A DNA stretch of 51,766 nt from Callorhinchus milii (Eukaryota), in assembly GCF_018977255.1 (NCBI RefSeq), contig NW_024705359.1, forward strand, positions 1 through 51,766, read 5' to 3'. The notes below the pieces were generated by a model. The model ran no database searches. It saw only the letters and a list, made by a program, of their open reading frames with translations, and had not been told where the DNA came from. This document shows positions 12,140-25,230 of the stretch, piece by piece; position 1 is the first letter of the stretch, and every line of letters starts with the position of its first letter. The position numbers and the translations under genes are program-made.

Positions 12140-12432
12140 TGTGTCTCACGTCAATCACTGGTTACCAGTGAGTGAGAGGGCGTGTCTCTATTTCCTGTCA
12201 ATCAGTATTTAACAGGGAGAATGTGGACGTGTCTCACTTTCCTGTCAATCAAATGCTGCCAGTGAGAGAGTAGGCGTGTCACTCTTTCCTGTCAATCAAC
12301 TGTTACCAGTGAGGGAGTGGGCGTGTCTCACTTTCCTATCAGTCAACATTAACCAGGGAGACAGTGGGCGTGTCTCGCTTTCCTGTCAATCACCAATTAC
12401 CAGGCAGACAGTGGGCGTGTCACTCGCTGTCA
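12140..12432. promoter_or_regulatory. 47-bp tandem repeat (~7 units) carrying GGGCGTGTC and CTGTCAATCA (PBX/PREP decamer TGATTGACAG) motifs
   Basis: CTGTCAATCA at 12195, 12242, 12289 and 12383 (spacing 47, 47, 94), each preceded by GG(G/A)CGTGTC. Confidence 0.7.
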
Positions 12433-13580
12433 AGGAGAGGAGCAGTGGTGACGTTACGTGAGTGAGAACCAGAGAAAGAGATACGTGCGTGCGTTACGTG
12501 AGCGGCAGCACAAAGAGTCGACCCGAGAGAGACTCACACACAGCGGGGAAGCTGTGCCGTTCAATATGGCGGAGCAGTGAAGCGCAGACATTCAACCGCA
12601 TAAACACACACACACGCACACTGAGGCGGGTAGACGTGCGGACGCCACCGCGTATGCAGGCTGCCTGGCTCCCTACGTCACGTACGTGGTGTCGTTAGCG
12701 GTGCCGTTGTATAATAATTATAATAATCACAATAATAATAATGGGCATTTTGTACAGCGCCTCATCACGTCTTCGAGACGTCTCAGTGCTGGATACATTG
12801 TAAGGCGAAGTCAGTGAATTTACCGCTGTAACTTGGAAGCGATCGAATTATTAAGACTGTTGCAAACAATTGCCGGTTCTATTGCCCTCGGAAAACTGAT
12901 GCCAATAAACTACCATGTGGGTTCCTACTGACAGAAGGAAAACAAGGGCTGTGGGAAAAGCTGGGAAACAGGAAGGCCACAGAGGGCAGCAGATTGACAA
13001 CCGGGCTGACCAACCGGAGGCTCTGGAGTGTTGGAAAGAGCCAATAGGCAGCGAGTTGGCGGGGAGAGAGTGGCGGTTGGAGAAAGAGCGCGTGCCAGGA
13101 AGTATCTGAGGTGATTGATGGAGACGGGACGATCAGAGAACGCAGTCTGATTGCCAATCCAACTGACCATTCATAAGCTCTGGCTTTGGGGGGCGGGTGA
13201 CTGAATTGACCAATAGAAAGCAAATGGGCGGGGAACGTTTGTGGGTTGGCGAGAGCGTGCGGCAGGAAGGAGAGGAGATGACTGACGTCGAACTGGACCC
13301 ATCAAAGCGCGACTACTGATTAATGTACAGACAGACCAATGGGAAGACCTGAAAGTCGGGGCGGGTGTTGGAATGGTCCAATCGGGAGCGAGTGGGCGGT
13401 GACATCGTCACGGTTGACCAGGAAGCGGATGGCGTGGAGGATTAGAGTTGATTGACTTAGACATGGACCTATCAGAGCGCGGTATCCGCTGGACAATTAG
13501 GCAGACCTATGGGAAGCTCTGGCTGTCGGGGCGGGTGTTGGGAATGAACCAATGGGGAGCGAGTGGGCGGGGACAGATTA
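12430..13580. promoter_or_regulatory. CpG-rich promoter-like region with YY1 and CRE-like motifs and 3-4 copies of a ~120-170-bp CCAAT/GC-box repeat
   Basis: High CpG density; AATATGGCGG at 12563; ACGTCAC/TGACGT motifs; repeated GGGGCGGGT..CCAAT..GGGCGG units starting near 13113, 13279 and 13450. Confidence 0.65.
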
Positions 13581-13829
13581 AGGTTTGAAGGAGGAAAAAC
13601 TCAAACGAGCTGCAAGACAACTGGGGCTGATAGAGATCAGGTCAGTGGGAATGAATCAGAAAGAGAGAGAGTGTGTGAATGTGGACGTTAAAATATGTGT
13701 GAATTTGTGTGTGTGAGTGTGAGAGTTTGGAAATGTCTGTGAGAGTCTGTCAGAGAGGATGAGTGTGAGAGTTTGTTTGTGAGTTTGAGAGTGTAAGAGT
13801 GTGTGAGTGCGCGTGTGATTAATACACCA

Positions 13830-16800
13830 ACTTGCAGCACATTAGTACCCCACATACTCCATTAATAACCCACACAACCAACTAATACGCTAAACCCCAT
13901 TGATAAGCCACAGTTCATTAGTACTCACATACCGCATTAATACCCATCACAGCGCATTAATATCCCCGCCTCTGTAATGCCACACACACCTTTAACACAT
14001 AACACGGCACCAATACCCCTCACGGCATTAATACCGCACATCCCATTAATACCTCATACACCTCATTGGTACACTGCACACCCAAATAATACATCAGCAG
14101 CTCCAAATTAAAACTTTAATACACATTTCATTAATACCACACAAGCCATTGATACAACTTACCCCATTAAGACAACACCCCATTAATACATCATGTTCAC
14201 CATTAATATCCCACACTCCCCATTAATATCCCAAATATCCCATCAATACTACACACATTAATATCAAAATGCACATTAATACCATGCATCCCATTAATAC
14301 CCCATGGCTCATTAACAATCCGCAACCCAGTAATACCAGCAACACCCACTTTACATTGATATAGCGCTTTTCACATTGGGAGGACGTCCCAGGGCACTGG
14401 AAACATCCCATCAACAACCACACGCCATTTTCCCAAAATATCATTACTCGCAAACCCCATTAATAACCGACATCCCATTAGTACCCTCACACGCAATTAA
14501 TTTGCACACCACCATAATAATAACCCAGAGCCCATTAACACCCGACACACCCATTCATACCCAAAACACTGCAATAATACTGCACACTCTATTAATACCA
14601 CAAACCCCATTTATACCTCACAGTTATTAACACCACACACTCCACTAATGCCACACAATACTAGTAGCTCACAACCCATTAATGCCCCATTAATACTCCA
14701 TTACCACATTAATACCACACGCAGCCCACCAGAACCCACACACCCCTTTAATACCAACATCCCATTAATACATGCACATCACATTAGTACCCAATCCCCA
14801 TTAATAGCACACACCTCATTGTTACCCCACACACCATTAATACTGCTACACACCATTAACACCCCACACACCATCAACACCTTATACACTCCATTAATAA
14901 CCCACACGTCCATTTATACCGAACACTCCATTAATGCCCCACACACTGCAATAATATCTTGTACACCACTGATACTACACAATTCATTCATATCAAACAG
15001 ATAAATACTCCATAATATATTGATTCCTCACAACCCATTATTACCACAGACCCCATTAGTAACCTACGCCCCATTACTAAATCACACACCACTGAATTAC
15101 ACCACAACCCATTAGCACATCACGCTCTTCACTGGTATCCCGCAACACATAAACAATATGCCACACAACGAATTAGTGCCACAGAAACCCCATTATTATC
15201 GCACACGTCTGTAATACTCCCACACTCCATTAATAACACACATACCCTTATTTCCACAAAGAACATTAATTCCCCATACACTGTTGATACTACACACAAC
15301 GCTAATACCCCAAGTATCCCACTCGTACCTCACAGTCCACATTAAAACCCCACATAACCCATAAAAATCCCAAAGACCCCATTAATAGCACACACCATAT
15401 TATTAGCACATACAACATTACGACAACACACCAATGAATAAAATACATCCCATTGACATGACACACCCCAAAACATCGTCACACGCCCCATTAATACCCA
15501 CCACACACCATTAATACCAAATGCACCACATTAATACTCCACAAACCATTAATACCCCACATTCCGTAAATAACCCCACACCTTTATTACAGCACACTCG
15601 ATTGATATCCAACAGCCCATTAATATACCACAACCCGTTAGTACACTATACCCATGTAGCACGTCACACCCCTCAATACCACACACTCCTTTAGTTACCC
15701 AAACCCCATTAATACCCACAGCAAACTGTCCCCCATAAATTCCATTAATGCCCCACAGGCCCAATTCATACCACAAATACGATTGGATTTTGGATTTTGA
15801 TTTGGCGTGGCTAGAAGTTGGGGTGCAGAAGCATATGTGCTGTGTTTGGCAGGTGCTGTAGTTCTAAATAATAAATAAATTCTGAATAAATAAATTTGAA
15901 AACTGGATTTATAAGGTAGGAGCATAGTAAAGATGTTTGTACTTCACTTCATTTCCTAGCCAGGAAGTAAAGTCAAGACAGGCACCGTTACCATGTGCCT
16001 CCTTACAACACGGTTCCTTGATGTCCCTTCATATCTACGGATGTGGACCACATGCGTCAGGGTGAAACGTTGAGCAAGTTTATTTACTCCACACGCCTCA
16101 TAATAATCCCTCCAAAACAAAGCAACAATAAATTGTTCCTTTTCAGTACACGACTGCTTGTGGGACACTGCTGCGCACTATTGGCTGCCGCTTATTGCCC
16201 ACAAATATATGGTCAATTCTCTTTACAGCATATTCTGTGAAGCGCTTTGGGACGTCTAGAAGACGTGAAAAGCGTTATATCAAATTCAAGGGTTATTATT
16301 ATTATTTTTACATAGACCGTTAATACCACACGCACAATTAATACCACATAACCCATTAATTCCATTCACTTTGTCAATACCACACACCATATTCATACCC
16401 CACACTCCATTAGTACCCCACCGTCCATTAAATCCCAATAGCCCATTAATAATCCAAACTACATTGATACCCCATACACCCCATTAATACCCCCACACAA
16501 AATTAGTAACCCCCACAACCCATTAATTACTCTACTCGTCTGATAATAATCACTCAAGAAAGAAAAAACATATATTAAATTGGTCTCTTCAATCCACGAC
16601 TCTCTGTGGGACTCCGCTGTTCGCAATTGACTGCCGCAGTTCTACACAAGTGTACAGTCAACTCACTTTACAGTCTATTCTGAGAAGCGCTTTGAGACGT
16701 CAAAAGCGCTATTTCAAAGGCAAGGATTAGTTTTAATATTAATAATAATATCCTAAACTCTCCATTATAAACACATCCCCCATTAATAGCATATTAATAC

Positions 16801-19800
16801 CACACACCCCGTTGGTACTCCATAAACTCAACTAATACCATACACACCTCAGTAATACACGACATCCCATCCATAACCCACACATCATTAATGCCCCACA
16901 TCCCGTTTATACCGCAAACGCGATTAATACCCCATACAATCCACTAATACCCTCCACAACCCATTAATATCCCACAAGACATTAATATCCTAAACACCCC
17001 ATTAATACCACAAAATACTAATACCCTACTGCACTTTATTAACACGCACTACATTAATTCCGTATATCCCATTAGTGTTCCATGCATAATTAATAACCCA
17101 CATCCCATTAATACTCCACAACGAATTAATACCAAACAAAACGGATTGCTACACCATACACACCGTGAATACCCCACACCACACAGCAATAACCCACACA
17201 TCCCATTAATGCCACACGCAGCGTTAACACCGTACAGCAGATAAATAATCCATACATTACTGATATCACACAGCACATTAATACCCATACACCCCAAAAG
17301 TACACACAGATCCAACCCGCATACTCCAATAAAATCCCAAACACCACATTAACACCACACATCCCATTATTACCACATAAAAAATTACAACCAAACAGCT
17401 AATTGATAACACGCACCCCATCGATAGTACACATCCCATTCATACAACACACCGCATTAACACTATATAGCAGATAAATACCCCATAATATTAATACCAT
17501 ACACCACATTGAAAAATATACACTCCTTAATACACACAGATCCCATTAATAACTCACAAAAAATATTGAAATCCGAAGCATCATATCAATACCACACACC
17601 CCATTATTAGTGCATGCAAAAATTACTAACATTCACCCCATTGATACCGCAGACTCTGTTAACATCACGCATCCCATTAGGACCACACAGCCCATTATTA
17701 AAACTCCACTCAATTCCATACGCCACTAATACGCCAATTCTCATGAATAGACCACGAAACATTAACACACCACGCCCCATTAATACCCCACAACCCGTTA
17801 ATACCACACACCCATTCAACACACCCCTTCATCACCTAACCCTATACACATTAGTACCCCAATCTCCATTGATATCCCACACAACATTAATGTCCCACAT
17901 TTCGTTAATAACCAACAGCCCATTATTAAAATTCTATTAAAATAAATACCACATTAATACGCCACTTCCCATTAATATCGCACACCCAATTAATACTCCA
18001 TAAACCATTAAAACCCCATGAAGTTCTATTAGATCCCCACAAACTCCAGTAATGGCCCACACACCAGGTTAATACCTCAAACAACCCATTAGCACCACAC
18101 AGCCCATTAGTACCACATCCAAGAATATAACACATTCTCCATTAATGGTATACACCCCATTAATACCACCCAACTCATTAATGCTAAACACCACATAAAT
18201 TCCACTCTCCAATAATATCCCATTGATACCTCACTTCCCATTGATACCTACACCGCACTGAAAGACCATACCCTATTAAAACGCAAATCAGCCCACTAAT
18301 GCTGCACAAACCTCAATAATATTCCACAAACTCCCGAACACACCGATAATAAACAACACACCTCATTAATAATCCATATCATATTGATACCACACACAAC
18401 CCATTAATACACAACAAAGCTCATTAATACACCACAACATTTATTACTACACAGTCCATTAACAAACCGCACCCCATTAATATCCCTCACTCTACTATTA
18501 CCAAACAACTCATTAATAGCCCATGTACCATTAACATCCCATTATGTCCCATTAGTATCCCACGCAGCCCATTATTACTCGGCACGCTCCACTAATATCT
18601 TGCACAAACAACTAATACGTCAAATTCCATTGCCTACCCATATCACATAAACATCCAGACCACATTAATACCCAGCACAACCCATAAATAGCCCATACGA
18701 TTTCAATAAAAAGCATACATTTAGTACACCACATGCCATTAATTCATCTCACCCTATCAATAGCCCATAAAGAAATAACACCCATACACCAGTGAAACCC
18801 CATACGCCCCACTAGTACAACACAAACTCCGTTAAAACCCCATTACTACGACACATTCATTAACACCACACACCGCATTAAAACAACAAACCCCGTTAAA
18901 ATCCTAACCACCATTAATACCAAATACACAATCAATACCACACAAACCATTAATACAAAAATGCACAATAACATCATACCTCCCCATTAATAAACCACAA
19001 CCAAATATTACCCCACTACTCACTAATACCCCACAAATCATTATTGCCACACACTCCTTCAATACATCTTTTTAACACTTAACAATTACCCCGTTAATAC
19101 CCCGAAACACATTGGTACCCCATACCACATTAATACACGAAAACCCTTTTTAAAACACAATCCATCAATATTCCACACACCCAATTCATTCCCACAACAC
19201 ATTAATATCACAGATCCCATTGGTACCAACCACAAACGTTAAAAAAACAATAGACTCCATTAATACGCCACAATTTAAAACCACACAGTCCATTACTAAA
19301 CCCCATCCTATTAATTATCTCCACCCCATTAAAAGTCCTTAAAACATTCAAACCCCACACCGGTGTATTGTCCAATACACCTAATTAATAGGCCGCACAC
19401 CGCATTAGCAACCCAGATGCTCAATTAACACTACAGGGACGTCCTCCTGACGTGAAAGGAGCTCTATAAATGGAATCTTGTTGTTGTTGTATTATTGCCA
19501 CAACTCCATTAATATCCCACACAGCACTTATACGACGCTCAGGAATAATAATCCAGAAACGACATTAATACCGCAAAACCCCATTAATATGCCAGTCACC
19601 TCATTAATACCCCCACACCCCACTGAGATCCCAAACACCCCATTGATACCACGTACCACATTGCTACCACGGACTACTTTAATATCACACACTCAATCAA
19701 TGCTTCACCATCCGTTAATAAGCTACACCTCATTAATACACAGCACGCCATTAATAACCCACACAACAAACACCTCATACACAACATTAGTACCCAAATG

Positions 19801-20480
19801 CACCCCATCAAAACCACACACAAACCAAAATACTTCCCCACACTACCCATTATTACCGCAAACCCGATTTATAAGACACATTTCTTTAATACCACAGAGC
19901 CCATTAAAAACACACGCCCAATTAATACGACACACTCCATTGACACCAACCACGCCATTAGTACTCGCACCCCATGAATAACCCACACCACATAAGTAAT
20001 TTGCACGTGATGTTTACCACATTAATTCCCCGCAATTCCATTCGTAACACTCAAACAATTAATAACCCACACACCATTAATATACCAGACCCTATGAATA
20101 CCCACATAAGCCACTCTACCGATAGGTACAACACATACCGCATTGGTAACCCACAATCCCCGTTAATACCAGACAAACCACTGATACTACATACTGAATT
20201 AATTCAACAAGCTACATTATTACCATACACCACACTCATACCACAAACAACGTTAACATCCGACACACCATTAACCCCAGAATAATATCCCACACACCTT
20301 TTTAAACCTCACACATAAAATTAGAATCCTAACAATCCGTTAATACGACACACTCCATTAATACTTCATTCACATTGATACCAGACGCTGCAACAATAAG
20401 TCACACATGACATTTATACCCGACCAACTCAAGTAGCATCACACACACACACTGAATATCCCACACACCCTATTAACGAC
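13830..20480. repeat. ~6.7 kb degenerate satellite, ~18-19-bp unit CACACACCCCATTAATAC, interrupted by SINE/LINE fragments
   Basis: ccattaatac-type cores recur throughout; + strand is very G-poor; insertions at ~14355, 15780-16305, 16580-16750 and 19435-19492. Confidence 0.92.
16060..16305 (+). mobile_element. SINE, 5'-truncated
   Basis: GTGGGACACTGCTGCGCACTATTGGCTGCCG...GAAGCGCTTTGGGACG...(TTA)n tail. Confidence 0.8.
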
Positions 20481-21399
20481 CCAAAAGCAGAGGGGCAACA
20501 GGAAGAGCAGATCGTCCGGCAACTGATGCTATAGAATCTATCCGTCGTGGTACCGTCGATACCAGAGTTGAGGAGAGACAAATGGAAGAGTCGTGTGAGG
20601 TGATAACTGCCCAGACGAGGAGTCGCTACCGAGCGAGAGAGAGTAGATGGAAGAGAGAGAGAGAAGCACTATCAGCCCATAACCACTAACCGGGTAATAT
20701 ATTTCCATTGGATACCCTTGGGTCATTCAACAACAGCAACAACTTGGATATATATAGCGCCCTCCTCGCCGCACAGCGTCTCAGAGCGCTTTCACCTCTG
20801 ACTTAGCGTGTCATCCATTGTGATATTGTATTGATTAACTTAGCATCGAATTCAATGCATTTCCTGATAACTATTAATCAAACCATATCCGAACAATATA
20901 AATCAAGTGAATTTAATGTACACGCTTCAATAAATAAAAGCGTATACTGTCATGATTATTGTGCTGTGGTATTCTTGATACTCGTTTGAGTTGTATGTTA
21001 CTAAAGAGTCAACTTTAATACTAAAACGATTGGAAAAACGTAACTACCTATGTCTTTTTTATCGACTAAAATTAATAGTTTTTTTTACTCAACAATACTT
21101 AGTGATAATACTGTCATTTTAAACTAAGAAGTTGTAAACTATGCCGAGCATCCCTGAGTCCCAATATTTGCCACAGGATTGATTGTATCCCGAGTCATTG
21201 TGACATGTTAATCAAACCGGGAGCCCAGAAGATAAACCGTTCTAAAATAAACTGGACCAAGTTAACATTGAGGATGAGAAATCACAACAAGCCTATCACA
21301 CATACATTGACACACAGGACCACACTGTGGACACATTACAACCCCCCCCCCCCCCCCCCCCTCTCTCGCTATCTCTCACTTCATTCAATCTCTCTGTCT

Positions 21400-23340
21400 C
21401 TCTCTCTCTCTCACACACTCACAAAAACACACAGCGCCACATTCAGCACTGGTGGCACTTTACCGCCTCTCTCATATATTTACAAACAAGACCAGCGCCA
21501 AACTCAGCTCTGCGGGTATATTACAACTTCACACACACACACACACACATGTGCACATAAAGCGCTCTGCTCAGCACTCGGGGCACATTAGAATCTCTCT
21601 CTCTCACCACAGAAAACACTGTGTCATTCTCAGCACTGGGACACATTGAAGACTCTTTCACACATACACTCCGACATAGATACACATCACCACCGTTAGC
21701 ACTGGCGGCACAGTACATTCGCTCTCTGTCTTCTTCTCTCCCGCACACATATGGAGCCATCCTCAGCATTGGAGGCGTATACCAGATTCACACACACACA
21801 AACACAAACACACACGGCCGCCCACAGCAGGAGTTGCACATCAGATCGTCTCTCACAAACACACACAGGCTCCCATATACAGCGCCAACCTGATCACTGG
21901 CAACACATTACACGCACTTTCGCTCTCTCTCTCTCTCTCTCACTGTATTTATAATAATAATAACAATCCTTGCATTTGATATAGCGCTTTTCACGTCGGG
22001 AGGACGTCTCGAAGCGCTTCACAGGACACGCTGTAAAGTGAATTGACTGTATATTTCTCTCTCACACACACACTCAGTAAGCACAGTGCCATTCTCAGAA
22101 TTGGGGGCATATTACAGCTTGACACACACACAGCGCTATCCTCAGCACTGGGGGAACACTGCAGTCTCTCTCACACAATCACACACACATTTACATAACG
22201 ACATAGTTAGCACTGGGTTCATGTTATTTCCTCTATCACACAAAGGGAAGCCTCAGCACTGGGGGCATATTCCAGCTTGACACACACACACACACCCAGC
22301 GCCACCCTCAGCACTGTGGGCACATTATATCTTCTCTCCCTCACACACACATATATATATATATGTGGATACATATCTACGCATCCATCCATCCATCCAT
22401 CAATCCATCCATCAGTCCATCCATCCATCCATCCATCCATCCATCCATCCATACATACATACATACATACATACATGCATACATGCATACATGCCCAAGT
22501 ATAGCGCCACCAGCAGACTGGGGCACTTTACAGCATCACTCTCACGCACAAAGCAATACGGTAAGAATGGGATCACATTGGAGCCTCACTCACAAATCGA
22601 AACATACACACACAAACACACACACTCCTGTAGGTCAGTGGTTAGAGCACTCGCTTTGCAAGCGAGAGACCTGAGTTCAATTCCAGGCAGAGGGCGAAAC
22701 CTTGGGCAAGTTTCCTTACTCCACACAGAGCCTAATAATAATACCTCTAAAAACCAAAAATAATAATAAATTGGTCATTTTCAATCTAAGACTGTTTGTG
22801 CGACATTGCTGTGCGGAATTGGCTGCCGCGTTCGCCCACAAATATACAGTCAATTCACTTTACAGTGTGTTCTGTGAAGCGCTTTGGGATGTACTCCCGA
22901 CGTGAAAAGCGCTATATCAAATGCAAGGATTATTATTATTATTATTATTATTACTATTATTATAGCGCCATCCAAAGTAATGGCGGCACACTGCAGCTTC
23001 TCGCGCTTTCACACCTGCACACATAAGCCCAACCCTAAGCATTGGTGGCACATTACAAGCTCTATCAGACACACACACGCACACACAAACACACACACAC
23101 GGATACACACACAGCGCCACCTCGGCACTGCGGGTACATTAAAGCCTCTCTCTCCCTCAGCAATGGGGGCACATTACAGATTCTGACACACGCAGCGCAA
23201 TGCTCAGTACCGCGGACATATTACAGCCTCATTCACACACACAAATGCAAACACACAGCTCTAACCTCAGCACTGGAGACACATTGCAGACGCTCTCACA
23301 CACATACTTACACACGTACACACAGCACGGCATCCAAACC
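21400..23340 (+). repeat. Array of ~50-70-bp units CAGCGCCACCCTCAGCACTGGGGGCACATTACAG separated by CA/CT microsatellite spacers; includes (TCCA)n/(TACA)n at ~22383-22490
   Basis: Roughly 20 recognisable copies, e.g. 21432, 21493, 22131, 22297, 22502, 23112. Confidence 0.8.
22625..22963 (+). mobile_element. Near full-length tRNA(Ala)-like SINE with Deu-like body and LINE-type (TTA)n tail
   Basis: Head with A-box and B-box-like GAGTTCAATTCC; TGCTGTGCGGAATTGGCTGCCGCGTT body; AAAGCGCTATATCAAATGCAAGG(ATT)n tail. Confidence 0.92.
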
Positions 23341-24044
23341 AACCCTGAGCGTCCGTTTGCCAAATAAACTCGCTTTGGACGTCAGGTCTATATACCACTG
23401 AACACAATTGAGTTAAGGACATCAATGGCATCTGAAATTCTGATATCCAATCAGACTATTCAAAATTATTTCTGTGTTATGGATTTCCTTCGTCCACCCA
23501 AAGAGCCTTGTTCAGATTGGTTAAATATAGGAAACCGTAATTGTAAACACAGTTTAATTTGTGAAGTTGTGGCGGATTGTCACAAATTTCCTTGGGAATA
23601 GCATTTTTTTCATACAATAATAGAAATCTTATCCATAATCCAAGTTACACATTTCACCAAATCAAATGAATGAATTCGTATGACGGTTTCTTAATCAAAT
23701 TATTGCTTACGATGTGTCATTAATGTTCACTGCAACTGATTGATAGGATTTATACAGTGGATTGATGTCGGAATCGCTTGGGTACATTTCCCATCAGCTG
23801 GTTGTCATTCACAGCTCAGTTGACCAACATAAGCATTTTTTAAATTGAATTGAAATCGATTTCCAGCCAAGTGTGGCCTCACCTTTCTGGCTGCCAAGAG
23901 CTGGAATTATACTCTCCTTATACGAGAAACGTCGCTTTCGCAACAGAATTGTGTTTTCTTTCGTGAAACACAGCAATTACCCAGAGATATTTTCACAATG
24001 AAAGTACACACTGAAAGCCGCCTTCCGTGCCGCAGATTTTTAAC

Positions 24045-24364
24045 AATAATAATAATAATAATCCTTGCATTTGATATAGCGCTTTTCACGTCGGGAGGAC
24101 GTCCCAAAGCGCTTCACAGAACACACTGTAAAGTGAATTGACTGTATATTTGTGGGCGAACGCGGCAGTCAATTGCGCACAGCAGTGTCCCACAAACAAT
24201 CGTAGGTTGAAAATGACCAATTTATTATGGTTTTAGGTTTTGGAGGGATTATTATTAGAAGTGTGGAGTAAGGAAACTTGCCCAAGGTTTCGCCCTGACT
24301 GGAATTGAACCCAAGGCTCTCGCTTTCAAAGCGAGTACTCTAACCACTGAGCTATAGGACTCCA
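24045..24364 (-). mobile_element. Full-length SINE of the same family
   Basis: Reverse complement of the 22625/38588 copies from TGGAGTCCTATAGCTCAGTGG to the (TTA)n tail. Confidence 0.92.
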
Positions 24365-24394
24365 CATATAAAGGTATTTTATTTTCCAAGCTCT

Positions 24395-25230
24395 ATCTTT
24401 AATATTTTCAGCAGCAATGAGAGGAGTTCAGAGAGGTCGGAGGGAGCAGAGGAGGGGAGGGATTTTAAATACAAGGGTGAGTAACTTGAAGTTGATCCTC
24501 TCTGGGATAGGCAGCCAGAGCAGTCTGGCCAGGACTGGGGTGATCGGGAATCAGAGTTTGGTGCGGGTGGGAATGCGGGCGGCGTAGTGCTGAATGATTT
24601 GGATTTTATGGATGGTAGTGGGGGGGAGACCGGTGAGGAGGGCATTAGAGCAGTGCAGCCGAGAGCTGACAAAGGCATAGACCAGTGTTTCAGCGCCTTT
24701 TGGAGAGAGGTATTTGCAGAGTCGTGCGATACGTCGTGGAGGTGGAAGAAGGCGGTGCTGGTGAGGGACCGAATGTGCGGGAGGAAGGCTAAGTGAAGGG
24801 CTAACCTAATGCCGAGTTTACGTATCGGAGAGTTTTAGGGGGACGTCGGGTATGTTGAAGAGGTGAGAGCCGTGAGATTTTAGACGTTGTCGAGAGCCAA
24901 ACTTTGTGCCTTCCGTCTTCTCGACATTCAGCTGAAGCAAATTTGCGCTCATCCTGCCCTTGAGATCTTACAGGCAGCTGGCAGAACATTAGGGGACTGG
25001 GGGTCGCAAAGAGCAGTGGAAAAATAGAGAAGGTTGTCGTCTGCATACATATGGAAGTGTACCCCATGACTGCGGATGACATCCCCAAGAGGGAGCATAT
25101 AGATCAGAAAGGAGAGGAGGCCAAGGATGGACACTTGGTGTACCTCGCAGGTGACCGGTTAAGAGCGGGAGGAGAAGCCCTATACTGCCTTTTTCAGGGA
25201 ACTATCCAATTATTACGACTCCCCGCCCTT
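24395..25230 (-). mobile_element. L2-clade LINE reverse-transcriptase fragment
   Basis: Minus translation [37 protein letters not shown] (RT YADD) and downstream L..LKSLP....YLSELL-like segment; frameshifted. Confidence 0.9.

Noticed and set aside
14223..20285. Thr/Pro/His/Ile-rich mucin-like ORFs
   Set aside because: Products of the ATTAAT satellite; frames are not maintained and there is no splice support
20490..20690. Purine-rich, CpG-containing open stretch after the satellite
   Set aside because: No recognisable homology or convincing splice sites; left unannotated
21400..23340. CRISPR-like repeat-spacer appearance
   Set aside because: Eukaryotic context, degenerate repeats, microsatellite spacers and no cas genes
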